The position numbers and the translations under genes were made by a program. The notes beneath the pieces are model-generated. The model was not told the origin of the DNA. It did not search any database and saw only the letters and a program-made list of their open reading frames with translations. This document shows, piece after piece, positions 35,633 to 45,159 of a stretch of 61,753 nucleotides of DNA; position 1 is the first letter of the stretch, and every line of letters starts with the position of its first letter. Origin of the DNA: Escherichia phage vB_EcoS_SA126VB; the sequence record OL960573.1. One strand, written 5' to 3'.

Positions 35633-36436
35633 TTACAAGCCGTTCAGGGCTTCCGGTACTGGCATAGGCACGCGACCAGTTATACCATTGAACTTCTTCC
35701 AACGTGCATACTGAGTTTTAACAGTATCTTCGTTCAGACCGTGACGACCTGCCAGATTCAGGACATAAGAGATCGGAGCAGGCTGACCCAGTGTAGCGCT
35801 AATCTGATCCATCAGAGCCCAGGCACGACCGCAGGAAGTTTCAGGTTGCGGACGACGAACACCATTCTGTTCCGGCATACGGTTCGCTTCTTTCGCTTTC
35901 ACACGTTCAGCTTTTTCGCGGGCTTTTTCAGCAGCCTTTTCAGCCTGTTTAGCAGCGCGGATCTTGTCTTTGAAGCTTTTAATAGACGAATCCAGTTCGT
36001 CAACCATGCTCTGAGCAGCAGTTACTGCACCGGACAGATCTTCGCCTTTGGATTTTTTAACAACTGCTTTCAGCTCTTTCAGAGCATTCTTTAAATGCTT
36101 CAGCTGTTCAGAACCCTTAGATTCTGCTTCCGTAATCTGTTCAACAGTGCTTTCATCGGTAATACCGGATAAAGCAAACTTCACGGTTTCAACTGCCTGG
36201 GAAAGAGCGGTAAATTTATTTTCCGCTTCAGTACGGATTTCAGCTTGTTTCTTTTCAGCGGCAGCTTTTTTCTCTGCTTCTTTTTTCTCTTTTGCTACGC
36301 GTGCAGCTTCAGCGGCAGCGGCTTTTTTAGCTTCTGCGTCGTTAGCAGTAGCTTCTTTCTTTGCAGGCTTAGCAGATTTTGCAGCGGCAGCAGCGGCTGC
36401 GGCAGCAGCGGCTTTCTTATCTTCAATATTACTCAT
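35633..36436 (-). CDS. Ala/Lys-rich protein with basic low-complexity N-terminus
   Basis: ATG 36436 with GGAG RBS (track start is GTG); N-terminal AAAAAAAAAAAKSAKPAKKE...; globular C-terminus. Confidence 0.5.
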   Translation of the reverse strand: MSNIEDKKAAAAAAAAAAAKSAKPAKKEATANDAEAKKAAAAEAARVAKEKKEAEKKAAAEKKQAEIRTEAENKFTALSQAVETVKFALSGITDESTVEQITEAESKGSEQLKHLKNALKELKAVVKKSKGEDLSGAVTAAQSMVDELDSSIKSFKDKIRAAKQAEKAAEKAREKAERVKAKEANRMPEQNGVRRPQPETSCGRAWALMDQISATLGQPAPISYVLNLAGRHGLNEDTVKTQYARWKKFNGITGRVPMPVPEALNGL

Positions 36437-36563
36437 TTTCTTCACTCCGAATTATTATGGGTTCGTTTGTTACCAACGGGGTTAAATGTACCAAAGGATT
36501 TTGTGACACGCAACCACTTACATAAACATTTTTAAAAATATTTTTGATCAGGGTTAGAACTTA

Positions 36564-37058
36564 TTAGCTCTTCGCACCTCTGCCCGGTGTCCATGCTGCT
36601 TGCAATGCGGGTTGCTCACAAATGACCCGGGCACCGGAAATAATACTACCCTCCCGTTCAGCATCGTATTTGACACGGGCAGGTTTCCAAAGTCCTTCAT
36701 CCATTGACGGAACGTATTGCCCAATTTGAGGTGAGCAAAAGCCTTGGATATCGTATTCCACACAGAATTCGGCTTGTGCGCTAATTTGGGCGTGATCCAG
36801 GATTGTTTCTGGAAGTTGCGTAAAGTAATCAAACAAAATGCGCTCAACGATTTCCCGTTCATATGGTGCAGCTCCTAAGTTTTCTGTCAGGTTAATATAA
36901 AGCATTTGAAGATCAACATCTTCAAGATCTTTTAAATCGTTTACTGGTGTTACCAGTGTTGACTCCGGACAACAGATAATTCCAAGTTGGTGTAGTGTCA
37001 ACCAATTGGGATGTTTTGCCAAGAGTTCAAATTTATCTGTATCAATTAGGACGTACAT
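36564..37058 (-). CDS. hypothetical protein
   Basis: 164-aa ORF with ATG start. Confidence 0.5.
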   Translation of the reverse strand: MYVLIDTDKFELLAKHPNWLTLHQLGIICCPESTLVTPVNDLKDLEDVDLQMLYINLTENLGAAPYEREIVERILFDYFTQLPETILDHAQISAQAEFCVEYDIQGFCSPQIGQYVPSMDEGLWKPARVKYDAEREGSIISGARVICEQPALQAAWTPGRGAKS

Positions 37059-37070
37059 TCCAATCCCCTA

Positions 37071-37102
37071 TAAATAAGTAATGCCCCAATAGTAGGGGCA
37101 TT
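37071..37102 (-). terminator. terminator after helicase gene
   Basis: AATGCCCC-aatagta-GGGGCATT followed on the minus strand by ACUUAUUUA. Confidence 0.5.
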
Positions 37103-37117
37103 AGATGTTGAAGTCAA

Positions 37118-39094
37118 TTAGAACGGAACGTAATCCGGATCATCTACTTGTACAGGGTTAACCACATTGTTCACCGTTATACCTTGCGTATTCTGCGAAA
37201 CAATATCGTCCCAGCTTACATCATCATTATAGCTCGGACCTTCTGTTGTTCCATCCTGCCCGTATACTTTAACCTGAATAGCTTCGTCGTCCTGTGGAGC
37301 TTCAAACTTACCGAAACAAGTACCATCATAATCATAGTTCAATATCTCAGGCCATTTCTTATTGGTATGAACTTTGATGTATTTTGGTGTTTTAAGCATT
37401 GCAGCAACATCAAGAGCTTCTTCAATAGTTTGTGGTAAAGGTAAATGTGTCCTTTTCTTCCACCATGCGACCGCTTTACGACCCGCCCAGTCCCCATGAA
37501 GCAGAGCTACCCATTCACTGAATATTTTACTACCGCAATAATAAGTCACCTTCATTGTTGGAGGTTTAGAGCTGTCATTGCGTTTAGTATGCTTTGCATA
37601 AGTAACATGCGTAACTTTAAAGTCTTCGACTACTGGAATATCCTGCTTGATCAGGGCTTCCGTACTTGCAGCTTTCTTGAGTTTGGTCTGAAACTTAAAC
37701 TCATGACCGCAAAAGCCTTCTTTAACGTAATCCGTCCCGCGTAGTCTAAATCCTTTCAGATATAATTGTTGAACTTGTTCCTGTGTAACACTGTCCATCG
37801 GGATTGGTGCGAAGCCACCGCAATAGCGAGCGGACGCATGATTATACGACCCGCACACATCGCATTCTTTAACTGGAGCAGTACCAGCACCTTTTTCGCC
37901 AGGGCGCTTGGGTTTAACAGGGTCGTTAATAGGGCCCAAACGGCGCGTATTACCGCTGAAATCCAGTACAAGGCAGTTCTGCTTAGGGCTTGCCGCAATA
38001 GCTTGTAAGCGCCCCTCCTGCGTGGAAAGATCAAAGCCCTCCGCGTATACCGGACGCGTACCGCGACCCAGCATCTGAACCCATAGCACCGCCGACGCAG
38101 TAGGGCGGAGCATGATGATCAGGTCAAGCATTGGATGATCAAAACCTGTGGTTAAGACGTTATTGTTAGTTAATGCTCGAAATTCACCGCGCTTGAATTT
38201 TTCAATAATCTCGTCACGTTCTTTTGCATCAAGCTTAGAGTGAATACATCCACAGCTAATACCCATATCGTTCAGCATATCACACGCGTCTTTAGCGTGT
38301 TCAATACCAGAACAAAATATAAGCCAGCTTTGACGGTCTTCACCACATTCAATCGCTTCCTCAAGTGCGCGGAGTGTTGCGTCATCGCGGTTTACCGCAC
38401 TTTGCAGCTCACTCTGGATAAACTCACCGCCGCGTTTACCTACCCCGTTGAGATCCAGCTCCATCTTAGTACGCTTTGGCACAACCGGAAGAAGATAACC
38501 TTGTTCCAGGAACCAGTTGAAGGCTTCCGGAGTAGTTGCATCAAACGTTACCTTATCAAATAACGCATCATCGTCTTCGTTTTCCTTAACAATTGAACCA
38601 TACCCTAGTCGATAAGGTGTAGCAGTAAGACCGATGATTTTTAAGTAAGGGTTAACTTCACGCAACGCTGCAAAGAACTTCTTATACATTGTTGCATCAC
38701 GCGGACTAATAAGATGCGCTTCATCCACAAAAATAAGATCAACTTTGCCGAACTTTTTCGGATGCTTAGCAACGGACGCAATTCCTGCAAAGGTAATAAG
38801 ATTGTAGACTTCTTTACGCTTCAAACCCGCGCTGTAAATACCTGCTGGCGCTTCGGGCCAGACTTTCATTAATTTATCATAGTTTTGTGCAATTAACTCT
38901 TTGACGTGAGTTAACATCATTACGCGCTGGTTTGGATACCATTTGTAAAGCAGATCGAGGAACCCCGCGATAACGAGCGATTTTCCTGTCCCTGTTGGTA
39001 ACAGGATCAAAGGGTTCCCCGCGTTACCCTTTTCAGCATCAAAATAGCGGAATACGCTATAAACTGCTTCCTGTTGATAATCGCGGAGCCTCAT
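37118..39094 (-). CDS. superfamily-2 DEAH-box DNA helicase with C-terminal Cys-rich region
   Basis: Walker A LLPTGTGKS, motif II IFVDEAHLIS, CDVCGSYNHASARYCGG; ATG 39094 (track start 39100 is TTG), GGGAAAG RBS. Confidence 0.7.
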   Translation of the reverse strand: MRLRDYQQEAVYSVFRYFDAEKGNAGNPLILLPTGTGKSLVIAGFLDLLYKWYPNQRVMMLTHVKELIAQNYDKLMKVWPEAPAGIYSAGLKRKEVYNLITFAGIASVAKHPKKFGKVDLIFVDEAHLISPRDATMYKKFFAALREVNPYLKIIGLTATPYRLGYGSIVKENEDDDALFDKVTFDATTPEAFNWFLEQGYLLPVVPKRTKMELDLNGVGKRGGEFIQSELQSAVNRDDATLRALEEAIECGEDRQSWLIFCSGIEHAKDACDMLNDMGISCGCIHSKLDAKERDEIIEKFKRGEFRALTNNNVLTTGFDHPMLDLIIMLRPTASAVLWVQMLGRGTRPVYAEGFDLSTQEGRLQAIAASPKQNCLVLDFSGNTRRLGPINDPVKPKRPGEKGAGTAPVKECDVCGSYNHASARYCGGFAPIPMDSVTQEQVQQLYLKGFRLRGTDYVKEGFCGHEFKFQTKLKKAASTEALIKQDIPVVEDFKVTHVTYAKHTKRNDSSKPPTMKVTYYCGSKIFSEWVALLHGDWAGRKAVAWWKKRTHLPLPQTIEEALDVAAMLKTPKYIKVHTNKKWPEILNYDYDGTCFGKFEAPQDDEAIQVKVYGQDGTTEGPSYNDDVSWDDIVSQNTQGITVNNVVNPVQVDDPDYVPF

Positions 39095-39096
39095 AA

Positions 39097-40005
39097 TCAA
39101 TCTTTCCCGTAATAATTAGCTACTTGATAGTTTTGACAACCAACTTTCTGTCCTTGCGTATCCACTGCGACGGAATGGAAATTGCAATACCATGTTCCAT
39201 CTTCTTTAGGTTCAAGGAATTGGCATGTGCGGCAGTTTACTTCCGGCATAGTTTTACGCCAGCATAGTGAGGAGTGATCGCACCATTTACATTCGAAGAA
39301 AGTGGGATCTTTAAATGCGCGGTCCGGAATGTCTGTAGCAATAGCAATCTGCACACCACGATCAATATACATGTCCGCGGTAACAGGATCAAACGGAATA
39401 ATTTCTGCGTAAACTTCATCGTCATTCTTGTTTACAGCAAGATATAACGCTGCGCCAAGACCTAGTTTTCGCATGTACACGTTCATCTGTACATAGTGCT
39501 CAGGTTTGGCTTCTTTAACACCTTTAGCTTTCAGCTTTTTAAAAGACTTATCGTTATGTGTCTTCATTTCGGTGAGCACAGGCATCCCAGGCTGCACGTC
39601 CGGACAACCTATAACCACACCATCGCAGGAACCTCCAAAGTGTCCGCCAGCTTCGCTGATACGGAACTGGTGTCCATTTTCGTCCTGCTGGTAGACCTGC
39701 ATACCTGCCGCAAGAAGCATAGCAATGAAACGCGCTTCTTCCAGATGTCCACGGTTAAACAGTCGAAGCTGGCGTCCGTCAAACTCTTTGCGTGTGGCCC
39801 ATCGATATCCATAGAAAAGCTTGCGTGCGCATTGTTGACCAATAAGGGAAGCGCCTAAGTGGCTGCGGTTACCGCTTTCAGGGCGATAAGCGTCTTCAAT
39901 TGTGGGAATAACTACGCCAAGATACTTACGGTAAGTCCCACCCTGATCTTTTTGCACACCGTCATTGATCGCTTGAAGTGTTTTTTCTGCAATATAAATA
40001 GCCAT
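39097..40005 (-). CDS. PD-(D/E)XK exonuclease, Cas4/RecB-like with predicted Fe-S cluster
   Basis: QMNVY (QhxxY) motif, D..EMK core, C-terminal CKWCDHSSLC plus an N-terminal Cys. Confidence 0.6.
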   Translation of the reverse strand: MAIYIAEKTLQAINDGVQKDQGGTYRKYLGVVIPTIEDAYRPESGNRSHLGASLIGQQCARKLFYGYRWATRKEFDGRQLRLFNRGHLEEARFIAMLLAAGMQVYQQDENGHQFRISEAGGHFGGSCDGVVIGCPDVQPGMPVLTEMKTHNDKSFKKLKAKGVKEAKPEHYVQMNVYMRKLGLGAALYLAVNKNDDEVYAEIIPFDPVTADMYIDRGVQIAIATDIPDRAFKDPTFFECKWCDHSSLCWRKTMPEVNCRTCQFLEPKEDGTWYCNFHSVAVDTQGQKVGCQNYQVANYYGKD

Positions 40006-40015
40006 TGGAATACCT

Positions 40016-40046
40016 TAGAAAAATAAGCCGTCTTTCGACGGCTTAT
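40016..40046 (-). terminator. rho-independent terminator between SSB-like gene and exonuclease gene
   Basis: ATAAGCCGTC-tttc-GACGGCTTAT 10-bp stem followed on the minus strand by UUUUUCU. Confidence 0.65.
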
Positions 40047-40069
40047 GGACACTACAGAGGGAGGTTAAC

Positions 40070-40936
40070 TTACTGCTGCCACGGCGGGACTGCTGCTTGT
40101 GCCGGATGCGGTTCAGCTTGCTGCTGCGGCTGAGCTTGCTGCTGAGGTGCTGCTGCCTGGCCAGGCTGTGCTACCTGCTGCGCCCACGGCTGCTGAGCTG
40201 CTTCCGGTGCTACTGGCTGTTGTACCGGAGCTTGCTGCACTGGCTGCTGCGGTGCTGCATTTTGAGCAGGGTTATCCCACGGTTGCGGTGCTGCATTCTG
40301 CCACGGTTGAGCTGCTGCGCCCTGCTGCGGTGCTGGTTGCTGAACAGGCTGCTGAACTGGCTGCGGTTGCTGTACAGGCGCTTGCTGTTGCTGAGCAAAC
40401 GGGTTAGCCGCTGGTTGCTGCGGTGCTGCGCCCGGGAAAGCTGGCTGCTGTGCTGGCGCACCTGCACCGAACGGGTTAGCTACTGCTGCTTGAGCACCCA
40501 TTGCTGGAACACCTGCTTCTTTTTCTGCATACTTAACCGGATCGTTGATGTTAGCATAACCGTTAGGTTCGTTGCTGTCTTCATAACCTTCCTGAGAACG
40601 AACTTTCAGACGCAGGTTCAGCGGAATGTTATGCAGTTGAGCAGGAGTATCCCAGCGGATTACGCCTACAGCATGGGAAAGAGCGCCCAGTTGCTCGTAA
40701 GCAATACGCACAGTATCTTCGTTGTCGTTGATAACGTTGTAACGAGCAAAGATTTTACGACCTTTAGCAAAACCATCAATGATGCTAAACGTTACCTGGA
40801 TCGCCATACCGCCATTTTTGGTCGGTTTAAATTCAGATGTTTCAATTACTGCTTTATACCAACCTTTCGGCAATGCGCCGTAAGAAGGTGCTTGATAGCT
40901 GCTCGCGTCAAAGTGGAAATTAGTTGGCATAGTCAT
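40070..40936 (-). CDS. putative ssDNA-binding protein with long Gln/Pro/Ala-rich C-terminal tail
   Basis: Globular N-terminal ~130 aa then ~150 aa of PVQQP/AAPQQP repeats; position between RecA-like ATPase and exonuclease. Confidence 0.4.
   Translation of the reverse strand: MTMPTNFHFDASSYQAPSYGALPKGWYKAVIETSEFKPTKNGGMAIQVTFSIIDGFAKGRKIFARYNVINDNEDTVRIAYEQLGALSHAVGVIRWDTPAQLHNIPLNLRLKVRSQEGYEDSNEPNGYANINDPVKYAEKEAGVPAMGAQAAVANPFGAGAPAQQPAFPGAAPQQPAANPFAQQQQAPVQQPQPVQQPVQQPAPQQGAAAQPWQNAAPQPWDNPAQNAAPQQPVQQAPVQQPVAPEAAQQPWAQQVAQPGQAAAPQQQAQPQQQAEPHPAQAAVPPWQQ
40080..40500. repeat. low-complexity CAGCAGCC/GCTGCTG-type coding repeat (encodes the Q/P/A tail)
   Basis: Reiterated cagcagcc/ctgctg units visible directly; generates long spurious antisense ORFs. 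Confidence 0.8.
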
Positions 40937-41664
40937 TAGTTGATACCTTTCATTTTGTTGATAACAGAACCTAAGTGTGGGACTTCAACCGCATCTAAAC
41001 GTCCCGAACGATCCTTAGCGATTGTATTAAAGTCCGGTTGAGTTTGCAAGTAACGATATGAGTTACCTTGCTGATCCTTATTTACATTCAGACGAAATAC
41101 TTCGTCGAAGAAATAAGGGAGCATTTGTCCCAATTTGGACCCAGGCATAGATGGAGCATACGCGGTAACACCGGAGACTTCATCTTTGTCTTTGCCCATT
41201 TTAGCAGACATATAAACATGTTTGCCAGGAATATCGCGAAACTTACGGATCAGATCTTGCATCTTTTCAAGCAAAGTACCATAAGCTTGACGAGGATCTT
41301 TCGTTCCCTTTTTCGCGTTGTTTAAACATTGTTCAGCAATTTCGCTCAAGCTGTCAAGCGCAATAGAATCGAAATACTGCTGGTTAGCTGGAGTTACACA
41401 CCACTGATAAGCCGCTTCAACGTCTTCCAGACATTTCACTTCAATTACCGGAATATCGTAAACGATGGGCAAGCCCATGTTACCATAAACACGGTTAAGG
41501 TTTTCCGCTGCAATAGACAACAGACCGGATTCTGCGCTGATCAAAATTGGTTTAGGTAGTGTGGCTACAAGACTGGTTTTACCCATACCCGCTTCACCGT
41601 AAACCAGAATTTTAACACCTGTGTCCTGCACAACTTGTGAAGACATTTTAATTTCAATGGCCAT
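40936..41664 (-). CDS. RecA-like ATPase (Sak4/AAA_24-like recombination protein)
   Basis: 242 aa; Walker A VYGEAGMGKTS near N-terminus. Confidence 0.6.
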   Translation of the reverse strand: MAIEIKMSSQVVQDTGVKILVYGEAGMGKTSLVATLPKPILISAESGLLSIAAENLNRVYGNMGLPIVYDIPVIEVKCLEDVEAAYQWCVTPANQQYFDSIALDSLSEIAEQCLNNAKKGTKDPRQAYGTLLEKMQDLIRKFRDIPGKHVYMSAKMGKDKDEVSGVTAYAPSMPGSKLGQMLPYFFDEVFRLNVNKDQQGNSYRYLQTQPDFNTIAKDRSGRLDAVEVPHLGSVINKMKGIN

Positions 41665-41729
41665 TTAACGCCTCTCTTTTAAGTTCGCGCTCATTGTAAC
41701 GTAATATACTTTGAACCCTCAATTACTTT

Positions 41730-42644
41730 TTAATCTAAAGCCTGATCAGTTTCATCGCGGAAATGCATAAAGTTTGCAAAACGCGGTTTATCTTTCACGC
41801 CATGAGGGAAGTGTTTATATGAAATAGTCCGACCTTTAATTTTGTCAGGGTTATTCCAATAATAAATCTTATCCTCTTGCGTTAGTTTACCAGGACTAAC
41901 GTTGATTGTATTGCCCGTCTTAACGTCTTTACAAACCAACGTCCCGATCATACCGTTAGGAACTTTATTTTCCTGATGCGAAGATCGTGTAGTCCTGCCC
42001 AGCTCGTTAACAGTAGCTTCATTAAGGTTAGTTTCACCCTCAATAATATCAAGGACAATAGCATCTTCCTGAATAAAGCGTTTAATACGAAGATATCCAC
42101 CTTCACGAACTGTGCCGCGCCCATGTTTATAAGGCTTGTCAGGATCGCGGATAATAATACCTTCATAACCAATATCAAGCCAGATGTTTTCCCAGTAGAG
42201 CAGCTCTTGTAAAGACTTAACCACATACATTGGGACAACTTGCAGGTCGAGCAATTCGCCTTTAGCGTGCTGTGTGGTTATAAAGTCTTTCATCATGTTG
42301 TAGCGTGCTTCATAGCCCAGCTCTGCAACACTTTCCGCGCACAGATCAAAGATGTGCCATTTCAGGAACGGTTCACCTTCAATTGTGTTTACCGCACTGG
42401 TTGTTTTACGGCACAGATCTGGATCTGTTTCTACACCTGCTGCGAGCTCGCCGTCATAGCCCATGTACTGGGGACCGCTGAAAATTGCGCTTGTATGGCG
42501 GTTTTTAAACAGCTTTAAGCTTCGCCCTACTATCTGCCCGTCCGGATTTAAACCGCGCACACCGTCGATTTTAGGCAGTATGCAGCACGGAAATTTAATC
42601 TTTTCTTCAACCGCGTCAGTCGCTAAATGTGGTTTAAAAGTCAT
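41730..42644 (-). CDS. ATP-dependent DNA ligase
   Basis: 304 aa; adenylation motif I KIDGVRG. Confidence 0.75.
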   Translation of the reverse strand: MTFKPHLATDAVEEKIKFPCCILPKIDGVRGLNPDGQIVGRSLKLFKNRHTSAIFSGPQYMGYDGELAAGVETDPDLCRKTTSAVNTIEGEPFLKWHIFDLCAESVAELGYEARYNMMKDFITTQHAKGELLDLQVVPMYVVKSLQELLYWENIWLDIGYEGIIIRDPDKPYKHGRGTVREGGYLRIKRFIQEDAIVLDIIEGETNLNEATVNELGRTTRSSHQENKVPNGMIGTLVCKDVKTGNTINVSPGKLTQEDKIYYWNNPDKIKGRTISYKHFPHGVKDKPRFANFMHFRDETDQALD

Positions 42645-43147
42645 AGAGGTCTTTCACTCCCGTGGTTTTGGTTAAAGTTATAGTCACGTTCTGCTTGTTT
42701 TCGAATACGAACAGCTTCATTGAAATTTTCAAAATATCCAAGAAATTTTTCTTTTCTGTTAATCCGTATATAAGCTCTCCATTTACCTCTCTTTTTGCAC
42801 CAAAGCACTCCAACTTGACCGCTTTTGTTATTAGCTGGTTTGCGCCTATTACACGCATTAACTTGATGCGTAACAGATTTTAAATTTGTGCGACGGTTAT
42901 TTAACCCATTTCCGTCATCATGATCAATTTCTTCAGGTTCTTCATCATAGAGCATTTTCCAGATTATACGATGTGCTTTATATAATACTCCATCAATACG
43001 CAATACTAGATAGCTTTTACCATCCGGTTGCGTTACAACAGTACCCGCAGGTTCCATTGTTTCATAACGAATTAAAATACCTGTCTCTTCGCAATAATAG
43101 AATAAACTGTCTAAAATGTCTTTATCTGGTGTTCCTCGTATATGCAT
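42641..43147 (-). CDS. HNH homing endonuclease (HNH_3 plus AP2-like domain)
   Basis: IDHDDGNGLNNRRTNLKSV HNH core, AP2-like KSGQVGVLW..GKWRAYI; ATG 43147 with GGAGGTGA RBS (track start is TTG). Confidence 0.7.
   Translation of the reverse strand: MHIRGTPDKDILDSLFYYCEETGILIRYETMEPAGTVVTQPDGKSYLVLRIDGVLYKAHRIIWKMLYDEEPEEIDHDDGNGLNNRRTNLKSVTHQVNACNRRKPANNKSGQVGVLWCKKRGKWRAYIRINRKEKFLGYFENFNEAVRIRKQAERDYNFNQNHGSERPL
42935..42976. repeat. 42-bp exact repeat, copy 1 (inside HNH gene)
   Basis: aggttcttcatcatagagcattttccagattatacgatgtgc is identical at 47482-47523; encodes AHRIIWKMLYDEEP on the minus strand. Confidence 0.9.
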
Positions 43148-43152
43148 AAATA

Positions 43153-43656
43153 TCACCTCCAATAATATTTACTCTTTATTTGTTGAATAAGCTCTTTACA
43201 TTGAAGGATCCTAATCTTGCTTCTCTCAAGTCTCATTGCGTGCCGAGCTCTTTGATCGCAAAATCTTTGGGCTTTACTACGCTGGTCCTGATTAGCTGTA
43301 TGACCTTTAACGTGGCGGAACTCAATAGTAAGATTATATTTACGCAATTGATCGTTCAACCATTTGAAAGCTACACCTTCCTGTTCACTTTTCCAGCTCG
43401 CTTCTTTATACACTTTAATAGCTGTTGAACAGTCTGTTTGCACAATTAAATGATCACCTGGATGGATTAATTTAGCCTTCATTCCCTCCCAAATAACATT
43501 ACAGATTGCCATTGTTTCAGCTGCATTATTATCAGGAGCTCCACGTAACGGTCCACCGTTAGCGTTATTTCCACGGTTGCACACTACCCAGCCACCGTAT
43601 CCAGCGGCTTTTGTATTTGGACAAAAACTTGCATCAGATATAATTGTTACTCGCAT
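43153..43656 (-). CDS. ribonuclease H
   Basis: 167 aa; RNase H-like DASF..E..D..H pattern (SDASFCPN, AAETMAI, VQTDCSTAI, VKGHTAN). Confidence 0.6.
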   Translation of the reverse strand: MRVTIISDASFCPNTKAAGYGGWVVCNRGNNANGGPLRGAPDNNAAETMAICNVIWEGMKAKLIHPGDHLIVQTDCSTAIKVYKEASWKSEQEGVAFKWLNDQLRKYNLTIEFRHVKGHTANQDQRSKAQRFCDQRARHAMRLERSKIRILQCKELIQQIKSKYYWR

Positions 43657-43664
43657 AATAACTC

Positions 43665-43691
43665 CTGTTAAAAAGGGGCTTTCGCCCCTTT
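43665..43691 (-). terminator. rho-independent terminator upstream of RNase H gene
   Basis: AAAGGGGC-tttc-GCCCCTTT followed on the minus strand by UUUUUAAC. Confidence 0.65.
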
Positions 43692-43697
43692 AGTTTA

Positions 43698-44465
43698 TTA
43701 CAGTTTGTCTTTGAACTCTTCGATATATTGCTCAATCGGGTACTGCTTACGCTTGAAACGATCAAACAAGATTTTAGCAGATTCTACGTCTTCGTCGCTC
43801 TCTTTACTTGCGCCCGGTGCCATAAAATCACGCCATGTAAAACCGTTCAGATTATGCATCTTAGCAATGTGTTTATTGTAACGACTTTCCCAGTCAATAC
43901 GCTGAGCACGACCATGGATCTGAGCTGGCGGAATAGCGCGTCCAAGAACTTGCACATAAGGTCCGGTTTTAAACTCAACAACACTACCGTTAAGATCTAC
44001 ACCATCCGCAAAGTTGTGTAGCATAGTTTCAATAACGTCATTCAATGTTGGAACCATCACTTTTCCCTGAGCAATACCTGCCAAATAACCGACGTTTTCT
44101 TCACCGTACAACTCAATCAGTTCTTTCTTGGTCGCTTCTGCTTCTTTGTTTGCGAACAAAGCCAACATCTGTTGTTCGAACATGTGCTCCTGTTCCAGGA
44201 AGTGAGTATATCGCTCTTCATCCACTTTGCAGACAATCCATTTGTATTCAACATCCTTGCTGAAGTCCGGATACTGATCTACTTCTACTACTTCCGTAGT
44301 AAAGAACTTGCCGTTATATTGAATAACAACTGTATCGCCCGGCTGTAATTCGTCGCTTTCCAGGGCACGGTAGGTATAAAGACGACCACCTGCTTCAAAC
44401 TTAACTTTGACAGTTACAACACCTTTTAACAGGGCATGATAAGCTTTCTGAAATTCTTTACGCAT
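43698..44465 (-). CDS. hypothetical protein
   Basis: 255 aa, AAGAGGAAA RBS. Confidence 0.5.
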   Translation of the reverse strand: MRKEFQKAYHALLKGVVTVKVKFEAGGRLYTYRALESDELQPGDTVVIQYNGKFFTTEVVEVDQYPDFSKDVEYKWIVCKVDEERYTHFLEQEHMFEQQMLALFANKEAEATKKELIELYGEENVGYLAGIAQGKVMVPTLNDVIETMLHNFADGVDLNGSVVEFKTGPYVQVLGRAIPPAQIHGRAQRIDWESRYNKHIAKMHNLNGFTWRDFMAPGASKESDEDVESAKILFDRFKRKQYPIEQYIEEFKDKL

Positions 44466-44507
44466 TTTTAGTTTCCTCTTGGGCGGTTGATCCGCTCGTT
44501 AATGTGG

Positions 44508-44918
44508 TTAAGCTTTATTTGGAACAATTTCCAGTGACGCAGATCCAACTTTAGATTCAACGCACTGGTTAAAGACTGCGGCTTGCTCCGCTGTAAGTTT
44601 ACGCCAAGCCGCAACTTTCAATACAGGTTTATTTTCCACAAGCAGATCAACGTTAACACCAACTTTAATCAGATCGCCCAGGATTCCGTTAAGGCTTGGA
44701 AGATCAATCTTACGATCAATCTTGTGGGTCATTTTCATAACCCCGCCAGTAATTTCAACTTTATTAGTCCCCTCAGACGGCGCTGGGAAATAGGACTTAA
44801 TGATCTTATCACGGAGTGCTCGCTCGCGAGCTTGAAGCTTTTGTAATTCTGCTTTGGTTTTATACCACTCAATAACATCTGCTTCGGTTGCTTGTACTGC
44901 TTTATCTGCGTCGAACAT
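44508..44918 (-). CDS. hypothetical protein
   Basis: ATG 44918 with AGAGGA RBS; track start 44978 is TTG and overlaps the predicted promoter. Confidence 0.45.
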   Translation of the reverse strand: MFDADKAVQATEADVIEWYKTKAELQKLQARERALRDKIIKSYFPAPSEGTNKVEITGGVMKMTHKIDRKIDLPSLNGILGDLIKVGVNVDLLVENKPVLKVAAWRKLTAEQAAVFNQCVESKVGSASLEIVPNKA

Positions 44919-44950
44919 TTTTCTATCCTCTGTTGTGTTTCGATGTATGT

Positions 44951-44978
44951 ATAATAGCACATCCATGTGACAGGGCAA
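44951..44978 (-). promoter_or_regulatory. sigma70-like promoter (TTGCCC-16-TGcTATTAT)
   Basis: Minus-strand -35 TTGCCC (44978-44973), extended -10 TGcTATTAT (TATTAT = 44956-44951), about 25 nt upstream of RBS/ATG 44918. Confidence 0.35.
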
Positions 44979-45159
44979 GACTCAATCTGTATCAATTAAT
45001 CTTTTTAAACGGATTAGTAATCTAGCAACCTTCCTCCATTCAGCATCCTCCATTAATGGTGAAGGTTTATACGCTTCAGGTATCGGACAAGGTATATAAG
45101 GTTCCATGTCAGATATTACTTGCTTTGATAACTTTTTCTTCCGTTTACCCATAAATAAC

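Noticed and set aside
36048-36535. Plus-strand ORFs over the Ala/Lys-rich gene
   Set aside because: Products of the GCN-repeat low-complexity DNA; poly-Ala/Phe/Ser translations antisense to a gene with proper start signals.
40097-40939. Long plus-strand ORFs (280 aa and 102 aa) antisense to the SSB-like gene
   Set aside because: They arise from the CAG/CCG-rich low-complexity repeat; the translations are Leu/Arg/Cys runs with no start context, while the minus-strand gene has a clean ATG and fits the operon.
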